Both the position numbers and the translations under genes were made by a program. A DNA stretch of 63,271 nt, counting the filler, from Octopus bimaculoides (taxonomy: Eukaryota): NCBI RefSeq assembly GCF_001194135.2. It is 8 parts of 8 records of this genome, joined end to end, with 100 filler letters (N's around TTAATTAATTAA, not from the genome) between each part and the next. Parts side by side here need not be neighbours in the genome. Positions count along the whole stretch, not along the records: positions 9,892 to 17,895 come from NC_068996.1; positions 17,996 to 23,679 come from NC_068985.1; positions 23,780 to 24,865 come from NC_068987.1; positions 24,966 to 49,942 come from NC_068994.1; 4 more parts are not named here. One strand, given 5' to 3'. Below are positions 12,886-25,374 of this stretch, piece by piece. Positions within the stretch are counted from its first letter, which is position 1. The number at the start of each line of letters is the position of its first letter. Below the pieces are notes generated by a model. It was not told where the DNA came from. It ran no database searches and saw only the letters and a list, made by a program, of their open reading frames with translations.

Positions 12886-13559
12886 ATTTAAACTTCAGAT
12901 ATAATATTTTCAACATGAATGGCTTAGGCTCCTGAAGTGGAGTTCAGTTCTGTGGCTCCTGAATGTATTTAACTAGTATAGTTACGATTTTCGGATAAGT
13001 CTTACAGCTACCTTGAAAACATACCTTTACAAACTTCTGTTACATTTTGGCAATGTTATAATTGATGGAGTCTTTAACTGTGGCTTATCTGCTAGAGATA
13101 TCTACCAAGTCTCTCTCAAACACCCTTCAATCTTATGAAAATAAAATGGCATCTTTGCTAATAGTCAGAAAAAACATATTATTGTCTGCAAAAAGATGGA
13201 CAAGTTACTGCTGAAAAGATTTATATCAAAAGTCTCCTGAAGCTGGGTTAACCATGAGTGTAAGTGTATATGTGCATCGATAAAAGAGAAAATATGAATG
13301 AATGTTGGCGTTGTTGTGTATCTTAAGCGTGCAGCGTATTGATAACATTGCAATGAAAGTCTTCTTGATTAAGAGCCAGTTCTCCAACTGTTAGCTCGTG
13401 ATATTATTCATCCATTGCGTTCTTTACCTGTATATTGATCTACTATTCTCTACTTTCTTTCTACAGTAATGTTTTCCACACTTCTGCATCTCCGAATATG
13501 GCCTTAATACATGAACTTTTGTGTTTTATCACAATGTTCAGGAGTTGTCGTCTTTCACC

Positions 13560-13960
13560 TAAAATCTTGAAGTACAAACGGCTAGGTTACGGGGACTTAA
13601 ACACAGTAGCATCGGTTGTCCAGCAGTGGTGCGTAACAAACACTGACACAAAGTCATACACACTCAGATATATGCATATATACAGGCGCGGTTATATTAT
13701 AAGAGACTTGCTTCATAATCACATGATTTCAGGTCTGTCCCACTGCGTGTCAGCTTGGGCAAGTGTCTTCTGTTATGGCCTTTCAGTTTCCGCGTCCCAA
13801 ATCCACTCACAAGGCTTTTGTTTGAAGACACTTGTCCAAGGTTCCACGCAGTAGGATTCATCCCGGAAACATGCGGGTTCGATTAAATAAGTATCAGTTG
13901 TGCACTGGGGTCGATTTAATCGACTTAATCCTTTTGTCTGTCCCTGTTTATGCCCTCTGT
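13560..13960. mobile_element. SINE family B and A fragments
   Basis: Contains GCTTGGGCAAGTGTCTTCTG, ACTTGTCCAAGGTTCCACGCAGT and GCACTGGGGTCGATTTAATCGACTT. Confidence 0.55.
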
Positions 13961-16200
13961 GTTTATTATTACTGCCTTTGCACAGCTTCTAGCGCTGGAG
14001 ATGTACTACGGTGTCAGCTGTTCGAGTACCTTCCGGAGTATTCGAGCTGTTCCAAACAGTGCTGTTTTCTACAAGTACCCACCCTCACTACAGCCCCTAT
14101 TTGCTCCATGTACTTCTCGAGGTTTTTGCTCACTTTTCCCAGGGCTCCGTCAATTATAGGTACTACTACTACCTTTTTCATCGATCACAACTGTTTAACT
14201 TCCCAAGCTAACCTGTCATATCTCTCGACTTTTCTTTCTTCTTTATCGCATACCTTGTTATCAGCTGGGCATGCTATATCTATGATACAGCATAGTTTGC
14301 TTTCGTTCTCAATTAAGACTATATCTGGCTTCCTATTCTCTATCTCATGGTCGTACTGAATCATAAAATCTCACAGGATCTTTGCATTATCAGTTTCAAT
14401 GATGCCTTCGGGTTTATGGTCGTAACGATTTTTTGCTCTGTCAAATCCATACTTGTTGCAAAGTGTCCAAGGGACAATCCTTTCCAAATTGTCATGACAT
14501 CTCTTATATTCTTTTGGGGTTAGTGACGTACATTGACCTTTAATATGCCATACGGCTTCACCGTTTTGTCCACAGATTCTGCACTTATCACTTTCTGATG
14601 TGTTGTCTATTCTGTATTTTATGTAACTTGTTCTTAGTGCTTGCTCTTGAGCAGCACAAATTAGAGCTTCCGTTTCCGGTTTTAAATCACTTTTGGTCAT
14701 CCACAGCCATCTATTTTCTCTGTCTGACTTATCTTCAACATCCCTATGAAATTGTCCATGCATTCTTTTCTTTACCCACCTATTTTCAGTTTCATTTGTT
14801 TTCAATTGCTTGTACAGTGCTTTATTTTTGCAATCTTTCACCTTACACACGCCTGACTTTCTAATAATAGTGGTTCTGTGGGTTTTTTACATACCATGCT
14901 ATGTTGTTTTCTTCTGCCCCAATGCTGTGTTCGCATCCGATAAGTCCTCTCCCCCTCTTTTTCTTGGTACATACAGTCTGTCTGTGTCACTTTTGGGGTG
15001 GAGTGTCCCAATTTAGTAACTTCCTTGTCTTTATGTCTAAGCTGTTTAGATCGTCTACTGTCCATACGATTAACCCTGCACCATATCTAAGGAGTGAAAC
15101 CGCCCAGGTGTTGATAGCTTCGATCTTATTCCGTCCGTTTAATTTCGACTTAAGGATCAGTCTCAGTCTGCGCAAGTGCTACACCTTAAATTTTTCTGTC
15201 ATTTCTTTCTCCATCAATTTATCCATTTCCAGTATCCCCAAGTGCTTATAGCCCGTCTCTTCTATCTGCTTCAAAACCTCCCCCGATGGTATCGTTGGCC
15301 CGTCCATACATTTGATTTTGCCTCTCTTCAAGACTAACACACCACACTTTTTCATTCCTAACTCCATTCTGATATCAGCACTGAAGGTATACACCGTATC
15401 AACAAGGGAACTGACTTGGAATTCATCTTTACCATAAAGTTTGAGGTCATCCATGAATAACAAATGGTTGACTTTTTGTTGGCGGCTTTTGAATACATAC
15501 CCAGCTTTTGCTTTCCTCAGAATTAGTGTTAGTAGTATCGAGCACAGTACAAAGATCAATGGGGACAAGAAGTCCTCTTGGAAGATGCTCCTCCTGATTT
15601 CTACTGTCCCTAAGCTTCTTCCGCGTGCTGTCAGGTCCGTCCTCCAATTCGCCATACGTTTTCCAAGCAATCGCTCAACATTCGATGCAATACCAAATAA
15701 CTTCATACATTCCATAATCCAAGAGTGTGGGATCATATCGTACGCCTTACGATAGTCGATCCATGACATGACTATATTACATTTCCTCTTCTTGCAGTTT
15801 CTAAGTACAGTTTTGTCTATCAGGTACCTCTACACTTACGCATGCAACCCTTCTGCTCATGTAGCAGGATTCCATTTTTTCCATATGTTCGTACATTGAC
15901 TCTGCGAGTATTCCAGTCAATAATTTTCAAATAAGTGGCAAACAGGATATCGGCCTGTAATTGTCTACCGTATTTCCTTTTTCGATGTTTTCCAGGCACA
16001 GCACTGTCCTAACAACCAATGTCAACCACTCTGGTGTTACTTGGTCAGCATTCAACAAGATGTTGAGTTGCGCAGCTATTCGTGCATGAGATTCGCCAAG
16101 TCTTTTGATCCAGTCGCCTTGAATTCCATCTGGTCCCGGGGCCTTCAAATTGCTCTTTTTTTTTTGCTGATTTCCTTCACTTCCTTAACTGAAATGACTA
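13960..16200 (-). mobile_element. R4/Dong-clade non-LTR retrotransposon (degenerate RT, CCHC knuckle and RLE region)
   Basis: KAPGPDG, NYRPISCLP, WIDYRKAYDMIPHSWI, IFQEDFLSPLIF, HLLFMDDLKLY, LKPETEALICAAQEQALRT, CRICG..E...HI..QC. Frameshifted. Confidence 0.9.
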
Positions 16201-16289
16201 GGGTGAGTGAAGAATAAAAGATGTTACAGTAGGACTGCAAACTTGGGGAGAGGAAGGGACAGAGGCAGTAGCGAAATATTTTTATGTGA

Positions 16290-17570
16290 TACAACAAAGA
16301 CATTTAAACTGATATATTTTTTCTAAGGATGTGACCAGAATTTGTCTGCACAATATTTTGGATTTCTCTGAGACATGGTTCTCCTGGGATGTTATCTAGA
16401 TGCTTCTGATACCACTTTATTATCATGCCTATGGCACCTGCAATAACAGGAACAGTTCTTGAGATAAGATGCCACATCTTTCCCATTTCAATTTCCAGTT
16501 CTTTATATTTACTTAATTTCTCAAATTCCTTTACAGGTATATTTTTTATTAGTGGGAACATTTACATCTATTAGTCTACAAGTATTTTCTTCCCAGTGTT
16601 TAATAATTATGGCTGGTCGATTAGCCTGGGTCGTTCTGTCGGTGTTGACTGGAAAATCCCAGAGGATAGTAACATGTTTACCTTCAACGACTAGTTCATA
16701 CCAGTAAGCAGGAGTGTTGATTTTGTAGTGTTTACATATTTTTCAATATAACTATTGTTTTACCCTACCGTGGCAATTTTGTATTTGTTTGGTGTCAGTA
16801 CAAGCCATCCGAGAACGAGATGGTCTGTTGTTTCGTCAATTGTGTAGCAGAATCTACACTTAAGGTCATAACTATTTGGAAGAACGTTAGCCAGGTAGTT
16901 TTTGTAAGCAAGCTTTGATCTTGGGCCACCAATATGAAATCTTCAGTTTCTGCTTTCAGTCCTGAACTTCTCAGCCACTCATGTGTTGTTGCTTGGTCTA
17001 CATCAGTATTTCGACTTCGAAAAATATACTGTCGATGCAGGGGCTTCTAACTCTACCGCTCCTCAATTTGTTTCTTCTTCACAGTTTGCTTGACCCTTTT
17101 TGCTTGTCTGGGGGCAGTGGTTTCAGGTTTTTCATGTGATTCAGAGTTAATGCCAAGATTGCTTGCGAATTTGCAAGCTTCCTTGACAATAGAATGTGAC
17201 TTTTAGTTGCTTTCATCTTTTCACACAAGACGCAGAATCCAGTCCTCTGTACTAGATAAGTACCTGTTCAATGCTAATGCGAAGGTCGTATAGCACAGTT
17301 CTAACTGCATCATTCTTCTTCTCCCATTACTTCTAGGTAGGTACAGACAATCAACATTTGCTTTTAGGTGGTGCATGTTCTTACATGTTAGTACTTTTCT
17401 TGTCTTCCTGTCCAAGAGTTGGAGTTCCGTAGGATTCCAGTTAATGATGTTAAAATTGCATTGGACCACTGGAAGTGTCAGGGTGTTAATGGTTTCGATG
17501 CGATTTTTCGAGTTAAGTTTAATTTTCAGTATAAGTCTTATTCTCCTATAGTACTCCTTTCCTTTTTATT
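16290..17570 (-). mobile_element. Second R4/Dong LINE copy (C-terminal part)
   Basis: LDRKTRKVLT...LYLPRSNGRR and EKLSKYKELEIE...VPVIAGAIG (restriction-like endonuclease). Confidence 0.8.
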
Positions 17571-17607
17571 GCTGTAGTTGTTTTTGTTGTTTTTCGTGTT
17601 ATTTTCA

Positions 17608-17608
<1 letters not shown>

Positions 17609-17673
<65 letters not shown>

Positions 17674-17705
17674 CATCATCACCATCATCATCACCATCAT
17701 CATCA
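17609..17705. repeat. (TTA)n/(CAT)n microsatellite
   Basis: Direct reading. Confidence 0.95.
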
Positions 17706-17995
17706 ATAAGGCTGTGTTTAACTGTTGTATTACCTTCTGTGATGCTGCAACAAGCTTTTTAAGGACTACTATGGATGTATAGAATGCCAGTTTCCCAGAG
17801 ACTAAGTCTACTAAACCTAAATGGGCAACTCTTTAAATCAAAGAAAAGGACTAAGTAAGAAATTCTACGAGATTTTCTGATCTTGCAGAATAAATNNNNN
17901 NNNNNNNNNNNNNNNNNNNNNNNNNNNNNNNNNNNNNNNTTAATTAATTAANNNNNNNNNNNNNNNNNNNNNNNNNNNNNNNNNNNNNNNNNNNN

Positions 17996-18032
<37 letters not shown>

Positions 18033-18035
<3 letters not shown>

Positions 18036-19296
18036 GGTGTGTAAGGTATTTGAGGACATACCTTCTTGGGAGATCATTCCTCCATTATTTGCGAACTCTG
18101 TGTAATCTTTTTTTTCAGAAAGTAATAATGGCAGATCCTCAGCTTATTGAATAAATAAAGAGGCATGCTGTTATTGTGGTTATAAAGGCTGAGCATTGTG
18201 ATCCGGAGATATATCGAGTTTTAAATGTTGCCAGATCTTTCGTCTACAAAGTTGGTAAGGAGGTAGATATTGAAGGGGGGAACGTATCACCAGTATCAAA
18301 GCATAAACAGCATTCTAAACGCTCTGAAATTATCAGAATGCCTGAATTCATCCAGTAATTTCAACAGACCATTTATTACAATACCAGAAGGTCCATGAGG
18401 TCAATTGCAAAATATCTTCATGTGTCAGAAGGAACAGTGAGAAATGTTGTCCACGAAGACATCAGTTATGTCTTATATGATGAGGAAAGGTCAATTTGTA
18501 CGAAAAAGCAAAAGAAAATCACTACATCAGGCCTAAAAGGCTCTTACAGAAACTGAAAAATCCAGCAGAAGAAGATTTAACTTAGTTTTTCTCAAACGAA
18601 AAAAACTTCGACCAACATCAAAATGTTAACGGAAGAAATGATGGATGGTTACGTGCAAACCTTTTCTGAAGTTCCAAGTGTTTTGCATACAAAATTTCCT
18701 GCAACTTTCATGGATTTAGGGGTTGTCAGCAATGAAGGTCATCTGATGCCTCCTTACCTCTTTCCACAAGGCCTTACACTTAACTTTGCCGCCTAAATTC
18801 AGGTCCTGGAAATAATTGTTAAACCCTGGATAGACAGTGTATGCAATGGAAGGCCATATGTGTTTCAGTAAGACTCTGCACTATCATACATGGATCTAGT
18901 AACACAGGAATAGACGGTTGAAAATTTTAATGATCGCATAACCACAAACATTTGGCCTCCTAATTCTCCAGATCCCAAACCATCGGACTATTACATGTGG
19001 AGCGTTGTTGCGAGAGAGGCCAATGAGCACGACTATTACACCAAAGATTGTATGAAAGCTGCCGTAGTCAGATTAATGTGCAAAATGAACCAGGACCAAT
19101 TGATTCGAACATGTAGATGATTTACATCTCACACAGAAGCATGTGTTGAGGCTAAAGGTGGCTTTATTGAATGACATTATGGAAAAAAAAGGTTCATTTT
19201 TATCCTCATAAATTTTTTTGATAAATGATGTTATCTGTTATATATCTGTTTTTTTTTATAAACATAAATTTGTCCTCAAATATCTTACACACCCTG
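18033..19296 (+). mobile_element. Tc1/mariner superfamily, maT (DD37D) family, full-length but decayed
   Basis: 26-bp TIRs CAGGGTGTGTAAG(G/A)TATTTGAGGACA with 1 mismatch and TA TSDs. Transposase relics include VFQ*DSA...IWPPNSPDPKPSDY with exactly 37 codons between the second and third Asp. Confidence 0.9.
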
Positions 19297-19707
19297 TATA
19301 TATATGAATGTTGTTATACACACACCTATCTATGCATGTATGTATGTATGTATGTATGCATGCATGAGCGTATGGATATATTCCTATTCGTGTAAATGGA
19401 TGTTATACGGAACACGCTATACTATTCATGTTTCATATTTTTTCCTTAATTCCTTTTCTATATGCGTTCATTAATTGGTTACAGTGATCTGGTAAGAATC
19501 TCGTACCTTGTCTGATTAAAATTTAATAGTGGGTTTTAAGACCATGTTTTGGAGTATTTACAAAATGCACTTTTGCAAGATATAACATTTCTATTCTTTT
19601 GTTTATTTGTTTGTTTGATTTTGTGCAGAGTAATCGTATTGAACGTTATCGTTATCAAATATTGTTTTCCATTCTAGTCAGGTTTCATGCACGTCAACAG
19701 TGAGTTG

Positions 19708-19754
<47 letters not shown>

Positions 19755-20707
19755 TATCGTAGGAAAGGTTTTATATTTCTGTATATTATATAACAGTGTT
19801 AACTTGGTGGTCACAACTTTTATTGTACTTAGAAACGCACCTCTTATATTTCTTTCTCAACAACTTAACATGGCTTTTAGATATGTCGTAAACTATTCTC
19901 TAATCATTGTAATTTAGGTGCATTTTTTTCCAAATATTAGTTTGTAGTTAGATTATTTCTGTGGTTTTGTGTATTTTCATTCATGCACACTCAGTCCAAC
20001 ATAACGTATCTATTCTTTGATTTCAACTGATTTCAACAAGTATTGCATTCCTTGCCTTTGCTGGGTGTGGTATGTGGTTGGTATAATTTTTTAACTTTGT
20101 CAACGAACCGATACCAATATAATCTATTAACTAATGCGTTGATTAAATTTTTAGTTATCCTTAGCTGGATGAATAAAAAACTTTAAAGCTTTCTTTCCGA
20201 GATGATTTAAACTATCAAGCATATGTTTATATTTTGTCCTTCACTCGGCAATATAAACAAAATTCAGCGCCAAATTGCAGTACGCGTGGTAAAAACTGTT
20301 AAAGTTCTTTAGTCTTAACTGTTAAAATATTGGTAAAACGGTGATGGAAATTTATATAATTTATAGCACCATTCCTATATCGGTGTTGTGCCAATTTAGT
20401 ACTTTGCTGTTCATGAAAATAATAATCTCGTTATTTTCCGAGTATTCAATGTAAATGAAGAGCCAATGAAGTCAGCAAGCCTGTGAATTGTTAAACGAAT
20501 AGATCTTCATTTGAAATGTATTCAGTTTGACTATTCCTCCCTTGATAATGGACACACAGTACAGTAAGTGCATTTTAGTGACTGCACTATGATATATATC
20601 TGATACAAGTTATTAGTCACCATGGTAATGGCTACCTCTACACTTATATATTTATACATACAAACATACATTCACACACACACACACACACACACGCACA
20701 CACACAC

Positions 20708-20782
<75 letters not shown>

Positions 20783-23779
20783 NNNNNNNNNNNNNNNNNN
20801 NNNNNNNNNNNNNNNNNNNNNNNNNNNNNNNNNNNNNNNNNNNNNNNNNNNNNNNNNNNNNNNNNNNNNNNNNNNNNNNNNNNNNNNNNNNNNNNNNNNN
20901 NNNNNNNNNNNNNNNNNNNNNNNNNNNNNNNNNNNNNNNNNNNNNNNNNNNNNNNNNNNNNNNNNNNNNNNNNNNNNNNNNNNNNNNNNNNNNNNNNNNN
21001 NNNNNNNNNNNNNNNNNNNNNNNNNNNNNNNNNNNNNNNNNNNNNNNNNNNNNNNNNNNNNNNNNNNNNNNNNNNNNNNNNNNNNNNNNNNNNNNNNNNN
21101 NNNNNNNNNNNNNNNNNNNNNNNNNNNNNNNNNNNNNNNNNNNNNNNNNNNNNNNNNNNNNNNNNNNNNNNNNNNNNNNNNNNNNNNNNNNNNNNNNNNN
21201 NNNNNNNNNNNNNNNNNNNNNNNNNNNNNNNNNNNNNNNNNNNNNNNNNNNNNNNNNNNNNNNNNNNNNNNNNNNNNNNNNNNNNNNNNNNNNNNNNNNN
21301 NNNNNNNNNNNNNNNNNNNNNNNNNNNNNNNNNNNNNNNNNNNNNNNNNNNNNNNNNNNNNNNNNNNNNNNNNNNNNNNNNNNNNNNNNNNNNNNNNNNN
21401 NNNNNNNNNNNNNNNNNNNNNNNNNNNNNNNNNNNNNNNNNNNNNNNNNNNNNNNNNNNNNNNNNNNNNNNNNNNNNNNNNNNNNNNNNNNNNNNNNNNN
21501 NNNNNNNNNNNNNNNNNNNNNNNNNNNNNNNNNNNNNNNNNNNNNNNNNNNNNNNNNNNNNNNNNNNNNNNNNNNNNNNNNNNNNNNNNNNNNNNNNNNN
21601 NNNNNNNNNNNNNNNNNNNNNNNNNNNNNNATATATATATATATATAAGGGGGTAAAGCAGAAAAAACCCCCAGAAACGAAGGTCAATTGTACGCACAGA
21701 GAGAATATATTAGATAAACATTCAATGAAAGTTTTAGATGGAAAATAGCAGACATGATGTTTCGAGTATGTCATTTCGTCGAATAGAAATGCAAAGAATG
21801 AGAAAGAGGAGAACGAAGAAAAAGCTGATAGGCCAGAAAAAAGTCAATTGTCGTTAACATAGCCGAAATATAACAGACTAGAAGTCGGAGACAAATAGAG
21901 AATATGGTTTTTGAAGAAAGGAGTGTGCGAAAGTGGTCATTGTGTGTTTGTGTGCGTGTGTGCTATTGTGTGTGTTTGTATCTAAAGTGTATACAGGTAT
22001 GTCTTACATGTGAGTGCGCGCGTGTATGTGATACTTTTGTATGTATGCGTGTTGGAGTGTATATGTGTATATGTCTGGTTATACGTGCGTGTGTGTGTAC
22101 ATGTGCGGTTTGCGGGCAGTCTGTTAGTACATAAGGGAGTGATTCGTGGGATAATGTATAGGTGTTCATGTGTTTTATGTGAGTGCAAGTGTGAGGGTGG
22201 AACTAACAGGGTAGTAGCAGTAGGCTGTACAGTAGTAGGGTGTGGGATCGAAAAGCCAGGTGCTGTGTTATGTGCGTGACTGGGTGTGTGTAACTGTGTG
22301 TGTTTGTATTTACGTTTGAGAGCGTGTGTATGAGTCCGTTTGTATTTGTTAGGTGTATATGTGTGTATATATATGTGCGTGTGTGCGTATATATCTGTGT
22401 CTACGGCAGTGTGTGTCGCTGTATGTGAGGATATTTTGCTAGTGCTTATGATTATATGTAAACGTGTGTGTCTCTGTACAATACATATGTGTATGGGTGG
22501 ATGTAATTCTTGTACGTAAGTTTGTGTAAGTGGACAAACGGTGAACAATAGACAGATTGAAAATTTGCAAAAAGTTGGTAATTAAAAGATGACAGTAGAT
22601 AGGCAATTTCCTGCAAATCATGTATATTATAAAGCGGATTCATTACTGTTATCGTTATTAGACACAAGAGTTTCTGAATAAGGCCTACTATGCCGATCAT
22701 TAGGTATAAGCTAGCTTTAAGCCAAGAGCAACTTGTGACCTTAAAATTCCTTCTACCCGAAGGAAGAAACCCTCTAGCTAACAAACAACCAGGAAGACTT
22801 AATGTTACTTTGTATGTGCTGACTAGTTGTCAGATAATCTGTTGTGTGACGAAATAGTATGTATATCGGAATATTAACCAACTCATTAAAGAAGGGAAAG
22901 CACACAAATTATATCGTGCACGATGAATGAGAATACTTGATTCTTATGATATTGTTTTTACTAAAACAAACGCAAAGATAAAATTACACTAGCAGCTAGT
23001 GCTTATGTAGAAACAATGAAGAAGACGCTGCTGTAGTTCAAAATGTAGCTTGGACTAATTTTCTTTTGTGTTTATCCTCAGGCATGCTTTTCTGGAGAAT
23101 CAAGCCTACTCAAACTCCATTTGTGCTCGTAATATTTTTAGAAATATCCACTTGAAAATTTATACCATGTTCATCTCGTATCTACTAAGGTTTTCTTGTT
23201 AAGATTCCAATTGAAATTCACGAAATACACATTTAATAACATTTTGCCTCGCCTGATCCAAAGTCAGGAAGTTTTAAAATATGTTTGATGCAACCGGTGA
23301 AATCACCAGATTGTGATGACAAGTTGCAATACGCAGTCGGTGTTGGTGAATTTTGACCCTAACTATAAGAGTAAAATGTTTCTCCGAATTAGCGGGTCTA
23401 TGAAATTCATAAGAAAGTACTATTGTAGAGAATCATATGAAGAACAAGAGATATATAAAAGGGTTTTATACATGAAGTGGGGACACTTTTGTGCTAGGCA
23501 GTCAAAACATCTGTACAAGCGTTTTTGGCAATTACAAGCCTCAAATCTATTCTGAATTTGTAGCTGATCTTTCAGATAATCTACCGAGCCCATTGCTATG
23601 AAACTAACCCGGCGAACAAGCTAAACGCATATACAACATGTATATAATATATATATGTATATACATGTAAATATATATANNNNNNNNNNNNNNNNNNNNN
23701 NNNNNNNNNNNNNNNNNNNNNNNTTAATTAATTAANNNNNNNNNNNNNNNNNNNNNNNNNNNNNNNNNNNNNNNNNNNN

Positions 23780-24126
23780 GGGAAAGACGCGTTTAGTTTC
23801 CAGTAACCGGGGCCCTGCCTATGTGTCTTATCTAAGTCTAGCATACACGTCACAAGTTTGTGATCCGTGTAGCTGACTATGTGAAATTGTGGACACCCTA
23901 TGCTATCTTTATCTACTCTCCTACACAGTACTCTATCTAGATATGATCTCGACGACCCGATGCGGTTTGTCCATGTCCACATTGGCGCATTCGGATGGTC
24001 GAGTCGGTACCTGTCAGACAGTTGAAAGCGTCTGAGCAGGTCTTTGAGGCATTTGCATCCCCGTCTATTCCTATCTCTGCCCACATAGTCTAGATGCGTG
24101 TCCAAGGTAGCATTCCAATCTCCCAC
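23780..24126 (-). mobile_element. L1/Tx1-type LINE, APE endonuclease fragment
   Basis: GDWNA...WTWTN....RSYLDRV...TDHKLV...GPGYWKLNAS. Confidence 0.85.
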
Positions 24127-24429
24127 AGATAGATAGATAGATGTACATATATATTTGTCCTTTTAGTCGAAAGACACCTGTTGTTATTCTTGTTGTTTGT
24201 ACTTGTAATCGTGTAACATTTTCTCAGTTTTCTCGTTATTTTGTCCGTATTGTCGCTCGCTTTCTTCCCAAAATTTAATGCCCTTTGCTTAGATTTTTGG
24301 GACCTACCAAAAAGTGAAAGAGGCCGAAACCGTAATGATGACCAGAAGCTTGACTAATGAATAGAAAACCACGAATATTCCGTCCTGGTTTTCCTGTCCG
24401 TCTTTGTCCGTATATAAGCAAGATTCAAA

Positions 24430-24834
24430 ACATATTTAAGGAAGAATGTAAAGATTGAGAAGGTGAATGACAAGGACCTTTTTGTATGCACAGTCTGTGA
24501 CAGACCATGCCTGTCTTTGGTTGGCCTCAAATCTCACCTGCGAACCCATGGAAAACAAACTTCAACCAGCTATTCTGACTATATGTCTGTGCACACATTT
24601 GAATGTGGTGTGTGCCAGAAGGCTTGCAAATCCAATATGGGTCTTAAAAGACATGTTAAGATCCACAATGAGCAGAACTTACCTGCAGGTATTGGTAGTT
24701 CAAATCAGAGGCGCAATCTGTGTGGGTGTTTTTTCAGAACATTGTCTAGTTTAAAAAGCCACATCAGACTTCATGAAGGGGCTAAGGCGTAGGTGCAGGA
24801 GGTGGTCAAACTCTGTGTAAGGAGTAGACAACCA

Positions 24835-24836
<2 letters not shown>
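24430..24836 (+). mobile_element. 3' end of an RTE-clade LINE carrying three tandem C2H2 motifs
   Basis: CTVCDRPCLSLVGLKSHLRTH, CGVCQKACKSNMGLKRHVKIH and a degenerate third finger. No TGEKP linkers; short RTE-like 3' UTR (GGTGGTCAAACTC..GAGTAGACAACCACC) followed by (AT)n. Confidence 0.7.
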
Positions 24837-24865
<29 letters not shown>

Positions 24866-24965
24866 NNNNNNNNNNNNNNNNNNNNNNNNNNNNNNNNNNN
24901 NNNNNNNNNTTAATTAATTAANNNNNNNNNNNNNNNNNNNNNNNNNNNNNNNNNNNNNNNNNNNN

Positions 24966-25248
24966 GTTGGACGATTTGATTGAGGACTGGTGAAACCGGA
25001 TGGCAACACCAGGCTCCAATCTAATTTAGCAGAGTTTCTACAGCTGGATGCCCTTCCTAACGCCAACCACTCAGAGAATGTAGTGGGTGCTTTTACGTGT
25101 CACCCGCACGAAGGCCAGTCAGGCGGTACTGGCAACGGCCACGCTCAAAATGGTGTATTTTATGTGCCACCTGCACAAGAGCCAGTCCAGGGGCACTGGC
25201 AATGATCTCGCTCGAAAATCCTACGAAGGCCAGTCAGGTGGTACTGGC
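24966..25248 (-). mobile_element. RTE LINE 3' UTR fragment
   Basis: GAGTTTCTACAGCTGGATGCCCTTCCTAACGCCAACCAC, shared with copies attached to RTE coding sequence at 33698 and 44425. Confidence 0.75.
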
Positions 25249-25374
25249 ATCTATATATATATATATATATATATATACATCTATATATATATACATGTAT
25301 ATGTATACATGTATATGGATACATTTGTGCAGATATATATATATACATGTATGTATGTATATATGTATGTATGC

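Noticed and set aside
24300-24350. GTGAAAGAGGCCGAAACCGTA, and similar motifs near 53240 and 55600
   Set aside because: Core boxes are incomplete and stems cannot be built; possible Penelope-end relics only.
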